NCBI RefSeq assembly: GCF_001194135.2
Contig: NC_069005.1
Coordinates: 20,257,802-20,305,002 of the forward strand
Origin: Octopus bimaculoides
Lineage: Eukaryota
Length of the DNA stretch: 47,201 nucleotides
Direction: 5' to 3'
In this document: positions 10,503 through 24,000 of the stretch, piece by piece
Layout of the letters: each line of letters starts with the position of its first letter
How positions within the stretch are numbered: the stretch's first letter is position 1
Made by a program: the position numbers and the translations under genes
The notes under the pieces: model-generated
Told to the model about the DNA's origin: nothing
The model's input: the letters and a program-made list of their open reading frames with translations, nothing else
Databases searched by the model: none

Positions 10503-11354
10503 CTATGTAAGATCCAATTTTAGCAGCATAAACCATCTTTGAGTGGTCCAAAGATGATAGTTGGAAGGGGCAAGATCTGGGCTGTAGGCAGTGTGTTCCA
10601 GCACCTCAAAACCCAATTTGTTAATGGTTTCAATGGTCTGGGTGGCCATGTGTGGGCGTGCATTGTCATGCAGCAGCAGAACTGATCGTTTACGGTTATC
10701 ATAAAGGATCCGCTTTTTGTCACAAGTAACTGTTTGGTCAAGAAAATGATCATTGGTCTTCTGCAGAAAGAGCATCGAGCACACTTCAAAACACCATACA
10801 TTTTGACTTTCATTGAGCTCATGTGGTACCCATTTATCAAGCCTTTTCACCTTGTCAATCTTCTGCAGATTGTGTGAGACCATTGCAATACTGACACCAA
10901 GTGTCTGAGACATTTCTCTGACACTTTGACGCAGGTTTTGTTCAACAATTGCTTTCAATTGTTCATTGTCAAGACTGCATGACCGTCCTTTACCTTTTTC
11001 ATCTTCAAGGCTCTCATCACCACTATGGAATTTCTGAAACCATCTTCGTACTGTGTGATCACTTGTGGACCCCTCTCCCCATGCTCTGTTGATATCAGCA
11101 GCAGTTTGGGAGGCATTGTGCTCAAGCTTGAACTCATGCAAGAAAAGTAAGCAAAGGTCCTTTTCTGTCATGTTCATAATTAAGGGTGCCTATGCTTCAA
11201 GAATGTTTTCTGTTTGAAATAAGTAGAAAATTATTAAACAGCATACATCAATTATTAAGTATGTTGAAATTCACCTAAAATATAATATACTATGATAAAA
11301 TTGCATTTCAAAACACAACACTTAGGTGGCCATTATTTCCGGAACAACCTAATA
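10503..11354 (-). mobile_element. Mariner (Hsmar1-like) DNA transposon, internally deleted
   Basis: ORF 10503..11177 with HTH, WVPHEL, TCD, HDNARPH and YSPDLAP motifs. TIR-like TTAGGTTGTTCCGGAAATAATGGC plus TA ends at 11354; the other end is missing. Confidence 0.9.
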
Positions 11355-11780
11355 CATTGAGAAATCAAGAGAGCATATGATTTTGACTCTCCCTCCTATN
11401 NNNNNNNNNNNNNNNNNNNNNNNNNNNNNNNNNNNNNNNNNNNNNNNNNNNNNNNNNNNNNNNNNNNNNNNNNNNNNNNNNNNNNNNNNNNNNNNNNNNN
11501 NNNNNNNNNNNNNNNNNNNNNNNNNNNNNNNNNNNNNNNNNNNNNNNNNNNNNNNNNNNNNNNNNNNNNNNNNNNNNNNNNNNNNNNNNNNNNNNNNNNN
11601 NNNNNNNNNNNNNNNNNNNNNNNNNNNNNNNNNNNNNNNNNNNNNNNNNNNNNNNNNNNNNNNNNNNNNNNNNNNNNNNNNNNNNNNNNNNNNNNNNNNN
11701 NNNNNNNNNNNNNNNNNNNNNNNNNNNNNNNNNNNNNNNNNNNNNNNNNNNNNNNNNNNNNNNNNNNNNNNNNNNNNNNN

Positions 11781-11812
<32 letters not shown>

Positions 11813-11848
11813 AGGAACTGCCCTGTCATTAGATGACGTATAAGGGTT

Positions 11849-12660
11849 CGACAATTTCTTACCGAACAACCATACAGATGATTTGTTTATAGTGATCAAA
11901 TGTTTGTGTAGACATAAACTCACTCCCTCCATCAGATCGACATTACCTGTACAGGTGCAATGGTTGGCACATGTCAGATTGTTGAAATGATCGCAGAAAT
12001 AAAGTGCTTTGCTCAAGAACAGCGCAATGCCTGGTCTGAAACATCAATTTTGTTCACCGTTTCTCAAGCTGAGGATAAGTCTGTTCATCAGTTGCTCTTA
12101 AAACAGATCTTTTATGTGTGTGTGTATGTGTCTTCCCCACTACTGCTTGGCAACCAGTGTTGGTTTGTTTACATTCCCACATGTTAGCAGTTTGTTAAAA
12201 GAGACTAATGGCATAAACAAGACTTAAAAATAAGTACAAAGGGTTGATTTGTTCAGCTAAACCCTTTTGAGGCAGGGCCACACTATGGCTCCAGTCCAAT
12301 GACTGAAACAAGTAAAAGTATAAAAAATAAAAATCAGAAGAAAAGGGCAGCATGCATTTCTTTCATCAGGATCTCTGGGGCTAATGGAGAGAAGAGGATG
12401 AAAGTATCCTTCTACCAGAAACTTGGCCAAAATGCTTGTAACACAGCGAACTCTTCAGCTAATTGTACGCAAGGAGTGAATTGTGGTGTTAAACTAGGGG
12501 ACAAGCTGTGTCTACCACCCAAATAGTGAGATTTAAATTTGGAACACAATGAACAGGAAACATATTCTGCAAGGCTCCTCGTATGGTGCTCTGATGTTTT
12601 AACCACCTCACTGTCCTTGACTGGTACTTTATCTTTTGACCCTGGAAGGGTGTAAGACAA
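11849..12660. mobile_element. Cluster of degraded SINE fragments
   Basis: 12119-12325 matches the 3' body of the element at 17458-17873 (aatgactgaaacaagtaaaag end); the neighbouring fragments are SINE-like. Confidence 0.55.
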
Positions 12661-13899
12661 AGTGGCTTATCTACACAAATGTGTGCCCCCTATAGACTTT
12701 GTTTCTTCATAACATTTCAGAAACATTTATATTTTTTAATGAAACTTTCTACGGATAACTTTTAGATGGTGTAGATGACGATTATATCAGAATTTAATGT
12801 GTGTGAGATAGATAGAGAAAGAGAGAGGGAGAAATGGTGGGTGTGCACACGTATATTCTGAACCCCCGCCACATATGTATATCTACAAAATGGAACATGA
12901 AATTTTGATGTGTGTCGATATGTTTGTGAGTGCATACACCAATTCTTTTCGCATTAAATTCCGATATAATCGTAACCTACACTATCTGAAAGGTATTTAT
13001 AGAAAATTTCATTAACATATCCATTTTTTGGAAAGTTATGAGGAAACAAAGTCGAAGTGAACACTCGTGTACGTATGCAGACTAAATTGACCTCGGTTGT
13101 ATTTGCACTATAAACATTCAATATACTCAGGTAGAAATACTTTATTTTTTTTTGTGGGGGAAACACTTTCACTTCTCGTTTTATGGAACCTGAAAGCAAA
13201 GACGCGCCTATCTTTGATTTATAGATAACAAATACAGGCAGAAAGAGAGAAAGCTCGACTTTAGCAACGGACTGGTTTATCGTTTCTTGAGAGAAAAAAA
13301 ATGCAAGGCTGACTTCAGCATGATTTGAACTTAGTGAACAGAATTATAAAAAGACGACCAACATAGCCTTTTATGAAGCTCTTATGGGTATTATTGACTC
13401 GTGGAGAAGGGAAAGAAAATAATCTCCGACAGATCAGTCAAGAGAAGCAATATTGATGATCAATGAAGTCGGAGAGAGAGAAAGAGAAAAAGAGTGAGAT
13501 TTGTGGTGATGAAGAAGGAGGTTGTTTACGACTGTTTGTCACCTATGAAATAATATAGGAGGAGGAGGGGAGCAGTTAGAGAGGGAGAGAGAGAGAGCGA
13601 GAAATACATACATACACACACACACACATACTGAGAGAGAGTGTATGAGGAAGGTGTAGAAACCGAGAAAGGGTGAAATGGGTGGAAAAAAATAAAATCT
13701 AATTGGAAAAACGAAAGGAATATAACGGGAGAAAGATAGAAAGGGGAAAGCAAGGAAAAGAATAAGAGTGAAAAACTGTTTTATTATACACAAATATATA
13801 TATTTATTTTATATAGTCAGTTAAGGCATTAAGAATTTTAACTCTCTCTATTAAAGACGTTCTATCTTTCTCTGTATATATAACTAGAGAGAGGGATAG

Positions 13900-14113
13900 A
13901 AAGAGTGAGAGAGAATGGCAAGAGAAGAAGAGAGGGAGCATAGTTAATGTTCAAAAACCAACCAATGAAAAACGTTTGTATAGTGCGAGAGGTGGAGATC
14001 TACGTCATCAATCAGGTTCTACTCCTTCGTCTCTTAGACGTCCTCACACTACAACTCCACTTGCCACTGCTTTAAGCTTACTGCGCAGTCGCAAACCAGA
14101 TAACCATACCAAC
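13900..14113 (+). promoter_or_regulatory. Probable core promoter and 5' UTR of the FET gene
   Basis: CCAAT at 13962-13966, CRE-like TACGTCA at 14001-14007, GACGTC at 14038-14043, pyrimidine-rich stretch at 14018-14070, GA-rich tracts upstream and visibly more CpG. The TSS cannot be determined from sequence alone. Confidence 0.5.
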
Positions 14114-14126
14114 ATGGCTGACCCAC
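14114..14126 (+). CDS. FET exon 1 coding part (13 nt, MADP+C)
   Basis: aacATGGCTGACCCAC|gtaagt; 13 nt, phase 1, as recalled for human FUS/EWSR1 exon 1. Confidence 0.85.
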
Positions 14127-14968
14127 GTAAGTAGAATTGGTTTGTTTCCTTCAGCGACTTTTGTTCCATTTAAACTAAAATTTTCTTTATCGTAATGTCG
14201 ATTAAAGCTACGTCGAAAGCTAATTCGATGTTCGAGCTTTGTTTTTCACTTATTTTTGACTCTTAATATTTGGGAAACCATGTAGGATTTCTTAATTTAT
14301 TTTCATCCTCTTCCGGCTTCGTTCCACGACAAAGAAGTGTGGCGCAAAAATGGCTGACAATTTTTTTTTTTTTCAATAATTTTTCCCTCCTTAACAATTA
14401 TCGTTATTAGTAAGAATCTAAATGGCTGGTTTCAAATTTATTACATTATTTCCATTTTATTTCGACCTTACGAATGGTATATAGCGTTAATTTCAATGTC
14501 ACATGTACATAAGGGTTGTGTATACCAAACAGGAGAGAAAGATTACTCAATACACAGAAATTCATCTCCTCCTCCTGGCTTCTCTTTTTTTCTGTCTGGT
14601 TTTATCTATTTCTGTGTCCTACCGGATTGAACGCGCAAAAAGGAGCTAGAAATCTATAGNNNNNNNNNNNNNNNNNNNNNNNNNNNNNNNNNNNNNNNNN
14701 NNNNNNNNNNNNNNNNNNNNNNNNNNNNNNNNNNNNNNNNNNNNNNNNNNNNNNNNNNNNNNNNNNNNNNNNNNNNNNNNNNNNNNNNNNNNNNNNNNNN
14801 NNNNNNNNNNNNNNNNNNNNNNNNNNNNNNNNNNNNNNNNNNNNNNNNNNNNNNNNNNNNNNNNNNNNNNNNNNNNNNNNNNNNNNNNNNNNNNNNNNNN
14901 NNNNNNNNNNNNNNNNNNNNNNNNNNNNNNNNNNNNNNNNNNNNNNNNNNNNNNNNNNNNNNNNNNNN

Positions 14969-15004
<36 letters not shown>

Positions 15005-18000
15005 GTGTGTGTGGATACCTAGGTCGACACGCATGTGGCGGCTCCCTTAATACACTGCATTTGAATGAAAACTACAAACCCATTTTGATAAGTATCGTTA
15101 GACGAACCGCTCGTCCTTTGAGTCATTCAGTAGGTTTTTGCTGTTTTGAAATGTTCTTTGATTTTTATTTACCGTGTTTGTTGTACCAAACATGTACGTA
15201 TATATTTTTGTGTGTACACGCCCATACTGTTTCGAAATAAAAATTTACCCAAAGAAATTTATGTAATAAATAAATAAATGTATTAAATTTCCCCAGGTAA
15301 ACCATGAAAATTCTAAATACCACCAAAATTCAATGAAGAAACGTTAAAATGTCTTATCCTCAAAAGTGAAAATAATTTTCCCCCTCATTCATAATGATCA
15401 AAATTAGGAGAGGTGGTTGATCTCAAATCTTCCCAGACGGGAAGATGTATATATAGAACTTTTTCTTTTGATCAGATCTAACTAGTACATCAAAGAGTAC
15501 TTTATCCAATGTCTTCTTAACGTTTTGAAACAGTAGGATATGATTTTTGGTTATTTATTTCTTAACACTCCTTGTAAGAGGCTCACCTTTATCTCGTGTT
15601 GTATTATGTGCGCACGCGCGCATTTCCTTGTGTGCGTGGTGGTAGTTAAATTCAAATGTACTGAGATGCGATATGCATAGATAAATATCGCATCCTTTCT
15701 TTTTTTTTTTATTAGGCTTAGTATGTCTGGAGCGTTGTCATCCAATGTGTTTTCAACGTTTTGAAACGGTAGGATTTGATTTTTAGGGCGATTTTTGGTT
15801 GCCGTTTCCTACACTGGTTAAAAAAAAAAATGCTCGCCTTCGTTGTCTTATGCTGTACTAAGTGTTTGTGTGTATATACACACGCACACACACACACACA
15901 CATCATGTCTTGTATGTATGTCAAGTTTGTGCGTGTGTGTATATAACGTCTATTGTATGTATGTTAGTGAGTGTTGAGGAGGAGGAGGAGCAACTCTTGT
16001 GTCATGACACAGTAGTCACTAATGGCGGGCTTCTCTCAAATATTTACCAGATGTCTCGCTTGATTTTTCTCTCTTTCTGGCTGCATATATAATTTATAAA
16101 TATATAATAAACATTGGATTAAACAGAAATACAAAGTATACGTTCCGTAATAATGATGGTCACTCATAGAGGTTTAAAATAAGGAAACCTTCCATAAGAT
16201 GTTATATAAGAAGGCAACAGTGTGTGGTTGTGGCTTAGATAGAAAGAGGAAAATAAAATATTCATTTTTCTTGATAGCAGCTCTAACTCTAAAATCTAGA
16301 CATTACATAATTTTTGATATCTTAACGATTTATAATGGTTTTCTTTTAATGACTTTTAAGCTGATTTTCTTTTAATAAAGTGTAAGTTTTGGAAATGTGT
16401 GTTCCTCATTTTCTATTTTGTTCATATTTTTATGCTTTTATAACCTGAAATTTATTTTTAGCACTACGTTGAGAAAGATTCATTGGTCTGTCTTTATTAG
16501 TGGCGAAGGTAAAGGATGTGTACACAACTCCAAATAAAAATTAATTTCCTAATCGTTTGTAACGAGAATGATCAAATGGTGAAAGTAATATTACATTTGG
16601 TCGTCACAGATTTAATTTTATAGTTTAATGTAGCAGTAAAAAGATTGTGAACGTAATTTTATGATGTAATAGGGCACGTGCTTGCTATTTTATCTTGCTT
16701 CGCTTTTCAGTTTTCGTTCCTTGAATGTTCTTTTAAACCATTTACAATTTCATTTCTTAGAATGAAATTTGAAGCCGTGAAACTTAAATTTTGAAATTTC
16801 AAATCAAAATATATCTATAGTTATAAAAACGTGCATTTTTCATATTATCGCCTTTAGAGTAAGAAAGAGTATACTTGTATCTTAGATTGATAAAATGTCC
16901 TTTGTGTGTGAAAGAAAGACACACGTGCTCTTCCAAAATTGGTTGGTTCAGTTTGAAACGGGAACGTTTGATTTATTAGTTGCCATGGTGCGAGATGAAT
17001 GTGTGGGCGCGCGGCCGAGTGGAAAAGGTCTCGTTTTAAAAAATGTTAACGATTTTTTGTTTTGAGATTAAGGTCAACAGTATATGATTCAACGATGCAA
17101 GCCACACTCTCCTAAACTGACAAACGACTGTGTATTTTTTTTTTTAACACCATAGTTTGAATACAGAAGTGTTCTCTTCGTCGTTGGTTACGATTTGACT
17201 GGTTCCTATGTATGAGACCCAGTTTGATGTGAACTTTATTTGCAATATTCATTTATTTGTAAATGATTAGGTTCATAATCAGTTAAAATTGCAATGCTTT
17301 GATCTTAAACGGGTTGGAGGCACTTTGGTATGCGTTAGGCCTTCTGAAGAGTTCTCAACACAGTTGAGAATGAACCTTATTTTACAAATTTGTAGGTAAA
17401 CAAGTTATAAATTAGCTTTGGAGGGCTTTCAATCTATTATTTATAAAAAAAGTATTGGTTTTACTCTTTTACTTGTTTCAGTCATTTGACAATGGCCATG
17501 CTGGAGCAACGCCTTTATTCGAGTAAATCGACCCCAAGACTTATTCTTTGTAAGCCTAGTTCTTATTCTATCGGTCTCTTGCCGAACCGCTAAGTTACGG
17601 GGACGTAAACGCACCACCATCGGTTGGCAAGCGATCTTGGGGAAGACAAACATACACACACATATACGACGGGCTTCTTTTAGTTTCCGTCTACTAAATC
17701 CACTCAAGGCTTTGGTCGGCCCGAGGCTATAGNNNNNNNNNNTTAGTTTCCGTCTACTAAATCCACTCAAGGCTTTGGTCGGCCCGAGGCTATAGTAGAA
17801 GACACTCGCGCCCAAGGTGCCACGCAGTGGGACTGAACCCGGAACCATGTGGTTCGTAAGCAAGCTACTTAACACACTCCTATGCCTACTAGATTTTTTT
17901 TTTGTTTATGAAACTATTTCAATTCATTACATGATATTTATTATGAATGGAAATAATTTAGAATGAAATGCTTAATTGCTGATTTTGAAGCAAAAAACCT

Positions 18001-21000
18001 TATTTTGACGTGCGTGTACTTTTCTGTATATATGAGGTATATACAGAGAATATATTTTGTACAGGTGTACATAATTTAATAGACATTCTCCTATAAAGAA
18101 AGCATTACTTCTTAACGATGTTGATACATACGAATAAGTTTCTAAATATATTACACATGTATCTGTGCACAGCTAGTCTTTCACACGTTAATTACATAAA
18201 AAATAAAACTGAGTAAAAGACCTATTCTGTTTACAACATCGGGAATAAAATGTTGTGTGTGTGGGACTATTTTCTCACTGGTCATTTCTACAATTTTGTA
18301 AATTGGATCAAGTATTTTTTCAAGATGCAAATAAATGAAAATGATTATATATCTGAATTGTTAAGGTGGTTATTTAAAAATTTTGGGATGTAGGTTTCAT
18401 ACAGTCTTCCTTCTATATTTTTGTTTCTTTCACTGGTTTAACTCTTGGTTAATCTTCATCAAGCAAATCTATGTTCAAAGGTGTTCTATGATCCTGTCTT
18501 GTTTCTGGACATAAGATCACATTATTCAGTACATAATTTCTGAATATGGGTGTTGATTTCAGTACGATCAACATTTTTCTTTCTCAGTTTCTCAAATGGT
18601 GTGTGTGTGTGTGTGTGTTTCCTAACTCATTGTAGTGTACATAATATATAGCTCATCAAATTGGTGACCCACATACATTTTAAATAAGAGATATATTTTT
18701 AAAAATAAGAACGTAATGAGATGTATTTCTTATAAGAAATAAACTTCTAAAAGTAGATTGATTAATGTCTGCTTCTTGATGGTTCGTTTTTGTAGTTCTG
18801 TAAAATTTGCCTGATAGAATGTTTAAAATTGTTCCAGGGTAAATACCACAGAAAAAATATCTTGAGAGCTGCAGTTTAGCCAACATTATATATGTACTGG
18901 AATGAGTATTCAGATTTGTTGAATTCCATCATGTGTTATTTGGGTATAGAGAAGAGTTTGGTTTTGTGACTGTGTGCATAAATTATTGTTTTGAGAGACC
19001 TTAATTAAAACTTATATTTATTTATATTTTCAGAATATAATTATTCAGGTGCCGGTGGTGGCCAAGCTAGGTAAGTTAACAAAGTAGTTGAAATAATTTC
19101 GTTTTTGAGTTCTTATTTCTATGAAATTTTGTGTTATTTTTGAATAATAACTTTCTTTGCTTTCCTTCACAGCTACAGCTACAATGCCTATGGTGGCACT
19201 GCTGCCGGAGAGAGTAGCTCTTACCAGCCGGCTACTTACAGCCAACAGGTGAGTCCTTAATTTCTGGTTTGTTCAAGCTGTACAGACAGCTTCACTTGAC
19301 CCATTCTTTCAAGTTTTCCTCAACATTTCATCTTTGTATATTCTGGCCACTATTATATGTCAAAGGTGAAAATAAAAATAACAGCTAAATGTACTAGATT
19401 ATTAATTAGAATTTATTATCCAGAACATGACTTTTGAGTTAATTCTCTCTACACTATTATTTTTTCTAGAGTTCTTTACATTTTAGCATGAATAACGACT
19501 ATACATATAATAGAACAGTTTTAGCTAAATAATAGTTGTGGACTATTTAAAGTTAAATCGATGGAAGTAGTGATAAAAAGTTTTCTTTTGTAATGAATAT
19601 TCTATTTCTTGCTTTTCTTCAGGGATATGGTCAGACTTACAGTTATGACCAGTTGTCCTATAGTCCATCTACAGCAGCACCCCAAGCTGCAGTCCCTTCA
19701 TCTTATGCTCAACAGCCTGGTTATGGTCAAACAGCATATGGACAGACTGTATATAGCCAGTCAGGTTAGTTGGTTTTTATTTGGAATTTATTTAAAAGCA
19801 CCTCTCCCTGCCTTTTACTGCTTAAAATTATATATCTGACCTATCTCCAAATATTTGGAAATTTTTTTCCCCTCTTATTTGAACTTGCTATCTAAAGCTA
19901 ATAATACTTTACACTGCTTGCTTTTTTTTTTGTTTTTTCCCTTTTATATATTTCACTGGAATGTTTATATACTTACTTCTCTCATAAATTTTTATATCAT
20001 ATAATATCAATCAATGCTTCAGTTAAATAAATTTAAATGGAATAAATTTAACTTAATTGACTGCATAAACTTTTTGACTAACTGCCATAATTTACTGGTC
20101 TTGTATCCCATTATTGTACATTTAATGGTGTATATTGTCTACACAAGCAGTATTTGTTAAAAATTTCTAATGCAATTTCTCTTCATATTTGTACATTGGC
20201 TTTTCCTATATGCTTGCCCTTCATCCTGTTAGTATTAACACAGTTGTCACTTATTTTATTGTTAAACTTCAAAAGAGATGCTTATTTATATATACATATA
20301 TATATATAAAATAGTTTTGTTTTTACTGTTTTGGGGGGAGAAATGGGAGGCATCAAGCAGAGCAGGCACTTACAGTTTTGCTACTAATCTCTTTCAGGCC
20401 AGCCAGCTCAACAGTCTTATGGTCAATATGGCCAGACATATGGTCAGAGCTCGGATGGTTCCACCTACGGCCAACAATCTTCCTATTCACAGCAAGGTAA
20501 CCACAGATTGCTTCTAGGATATTTTCCATGATTATAAATGGTGTCTCCCAGTACAGCCATTCCCTTTTCTTTTCGTTTTTTTCTTCAAGTTTTAAACATG
20601 CATGAACAAATTCTGATCTTAATAAGCCTTTTTTTTTTTTAAATTTTAATGTAGCATCCTGCCATAGATGTGACTTAGGATGTAAATCTTCTATTGTTCA
20701 ATAAAGCTGATAATTCATTGAAATGTTAAAGTTGCTGCTATAGTGTACGAGGATGTTGCAACAGTTTATATAAAACCTTATAGGAACGGGCTCTGGGTCA
20801 CCATTTAGAGCTAATTGAAACCAGTTCTAAAAGTTTATTGGTTTCCATGACTAGTTTATGTGTAACCCAACCTTTGCCACCATTGGGCATCAAAGAAAGC
20901 AACCCCCCCCCTCCATATCTTTTCCTTACAATAAAATTTTCATGAAATACCATTTTCTTTTTTGGGTCCCAGAATTACTTAATGGAACTTGAAGTTCTTT

Positions 21001-24000
21001 GGAACATTTAAGTGACATTTAAGTTAAAAACAAAATAAGACAGGATATTGTGAAAAATTAATTATTCTAAAAATAAATGATCAATACCAAAAGCTATGAG
21101 ATAACATGATTAATGGAAAATGTGAATGAATAAGCATCTCATTTGATAGTAATCTGAATGCTTACGAATTCTTGTAGAAATAAACAGTATTACTGTTGTA
21201 GTCACATGTTACTGTTTACTGAACAGAGCTGATTTCAACTTTGTTGTTATGGATGCTGTCAGTGTATACTATATAGTGGTATAATAAGCTCGCATTGGGG
21301 AGACAATAAGAATTACTGCTTTTGGGAATGTAGGTGGGTTTTGTTGTAGTAATTGTCATGAAAAATTTTGAGTCAATATAGAGAAAATAGTGTCAGCTCT
21401 GAACATTTGACTATAAATTTTTCATCATGGGGTTGTCTGCTTCTGGTGTGAAAACTGTTTTTACAACAGGTGTTTGACTTGGGGAATTAACAACAGTGAA
21501 ATGTAATTTTATAAATTCTTTTTGCTCTGTAGTAAACATTAACTATAACATAATCTCAAATATTAACAAATTGACAAGATGTCTATTAACAAATTGACAA
21601 AATGGATAGCCACAGTACCAGTTATGTATCAATTTTGTGTGACTATTGGTAACGTAACAATTTGTATAATGTTTATATGAGTGTAGAAGAGTGCTCGTGT
21701 TTTGAGAAACTTCTTAAGACTCTTTGCTTGCTCAGAAATTTGTCATTGGGTCATCTGACACAAGTGTTTTGACTTGATTTGGTCTCCTTCAGTGATGAGT
21801 ATCCCTTAGGCATTTTGGCTGGTGTCAAAATCTTTGTTTTGATTTAGAAATTGGCTAACAATTTTTGTTCAAAAGCTGGCCAAATTAATATACACAGCTG
21901 AAACGGCAATTGGGTTCCATTTCAATCAGTTATATTTTTAGGTGACAATTTTGCTCAAAGAAACCGTAACATTTCATAATGTTTGAGTGCAAAATAAACC
22001 TCGTTTCCTGTGTTTTTAGTTAACATGAAAATGTCTTCGTAATTTCTCTCTCAAAAAGAAAATAAAAAAATCTCTTCGACTGTCTTGCATGCTTTTCCAA
22101 GAATTGAAAGTTCTGTGTCTTTTGTGAGGAATAGTTTGGCATCTAATACACAAATAATCATATTTAGAATTATTAAATTTCTGTATTGAGACTTTATACT
22201 GGAATATTTAGTGTATAAAATACATTTTATTCTGCTGACTTCATATATTTGTTTCACCCATCATATTCTGCAGTAAATGTAAAACTTATAAATGTTGGAG
22301 TTCAGGTAATTTTAAAATTTAATCCGTCTGAAGTTGATGCTGTCATTATTAAAATAAGGCATTTGTATATTAAGTGTGATTTTATTTTGAGAACAAATTT
22401 ACTTGATATTTATAACTTTTTTTTTCAGTTGACAAGTTTTGCTACATTTTTAAAAAGCATATCTGATAGTTTTAGGTAAAAATGGATTTCATATGTCCTT
22501 TTAATAAATGAACACTTAATGTTTTGCTATTTAAACTGACAGGTTATGGTCAGGCTGCACAACCTCCTGCTTCAAGCAGTAGTGGCAGTGGCGGTGGAAA
22601 CGGGGGCTACAGTCAGCAAAGTTATGGCCAGCAGAACAGTAGCTACAGTGCTCCTCCTCCGCAGCAGCAGCAACAGACTGGTTATGGTCAACAGAATTCC
22701 TATGGTCAACAGCCAACCCAGCCACAAAGCAATTATGGAAATCAGCAACATAGCTATGGTGACTACAACCAACAAGGTGGCTATGGAGGTGCTCCTCAGC
22801 AACCTCCCCCACAGGCACCATCTGGTGGCTATGGTGGCCCTCCTCCTCCCAAAAATTATGGCGGTAAGTGGCTAAGTATATCAGCTGACATTTTTCTTGT
22901 TGAAAATTAGCAAAATAAAATTTAAGGACTTGAAATTGAATGTGGGTTTGAACATTGTATTTGTATTTATGTTGTTTAGTAATTATTTTGAGAAAATCAA
23001 CATCATAGAAGAATTTTCAATGATACATTTGTACCGTTTTTAACTCTTATAATATATTTCTCTAATAATGAAGAATTTGGTTCTAAACACAACTTGAAAT
23101 TTTGATAGGTTTTAATTTATATTGTTTAAAGTAGGTTGGTATCTGATTTATTTTGGTGAAACTTCTCAGAACTTGTTTTAATTTACCTGACTGAAACTAA
23201 AACTGAAGTTGACATGAATTTTGGTATTTTTCTTGTTTTGTAGTTTTAAACTTAAAAGATGTGCAATTGTAGTGTAGCTATTACTTAGTTATTTCCTATT
23301 GCAAGTGTGTGGCCATAGTCGGGAATGTAATTGGACATCAGATATACCTATTGTCCAAACTAAGGGCATTTTAAAATTACTGAGTTTGTTGCTCTTTTTT
23401 TTTTGTTAGACTATATGTAAAATGCATTATTTCCTAAATATACTTACATCAGAGATTGTATTTTATCAGGGTTACAATTTTACTGACACATAGTATATGT
23501 ACCAAGGTTCTCCTGAAAGGCAATTTATGTAGTCCTTTGATTTGATAGAAGTTGCAGCCAAATGACCTCTGCTATCTTAAATAAAGAAAGCTTGCCCTCT
23601 CAGGTGCTGGTGTTGTGTAAACGTACCTGTGCTGGCAGCACATAAAAAGCACCCAGCACACTCTGTTAAGTGGATGGCATTAGGAAGGGCATCCAGCCAT
23701 AGAAACTATGTCAAACCAATATTTTTGTGTGTGTAATATATATATATATATAAAGTTTATTAGTCACAAGGCATTCTTATGTAGATTTATTAAAGGTGAG
23801 TTACAAACGTGTATTTAGTTTTTCTACATTTCTCTATATCTGAATCCATATTCTATTGAGTGTTAAGGTTTGGTTAGTAATATTGACCTGTGCACAGTCG
23901 TAACTATCAGTTCATGATTTTCTTTTTCAGACAATCGCAGTAGTAGTCGTGGTGGAGATCGTAGTGGCAGTGGGGACCGTGGTGAACGTGGAGATCGTGG

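Noticed and set aside
12040-12100. Minus-strand CTGATGA..GAAAC hammerhead candidate
   Set aside because: Stem II is poor and there is no NUH triplet or stem I partner. The candidates at 12363, 30406, 36073, 36240 and 40193 were rejected on the same grounds.
15609-15620. NRF1-consensus TGCGCACGCGCG in intron 1
   Set aside because: Equally explained as a CG-variant of a (CA)/(TG) microsatellite; single site.
17680-17795. 53-bp tandem duplication inside the SINE
   Set aside because: The copies sit on either side of a 10-N gap, typical of unmerged overlapping contig ends; the same pattern occurs at 8257-8266.
21792-21901. C/D box snoRNA candidate (GTGATGA...CTGA) in intron 5
   Set aside because: No convincing terminal stem, C'/D' boxes or recognisable rRNA guide. 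The ATGATGA..CTGA pair at about 26747-26797 is too short.
22531-22875. Three alternative-frame or antisense ORFs over exon 6
   Set aside because: By-products of the codon bias of the QGSY-rich exon; no independent evidence.
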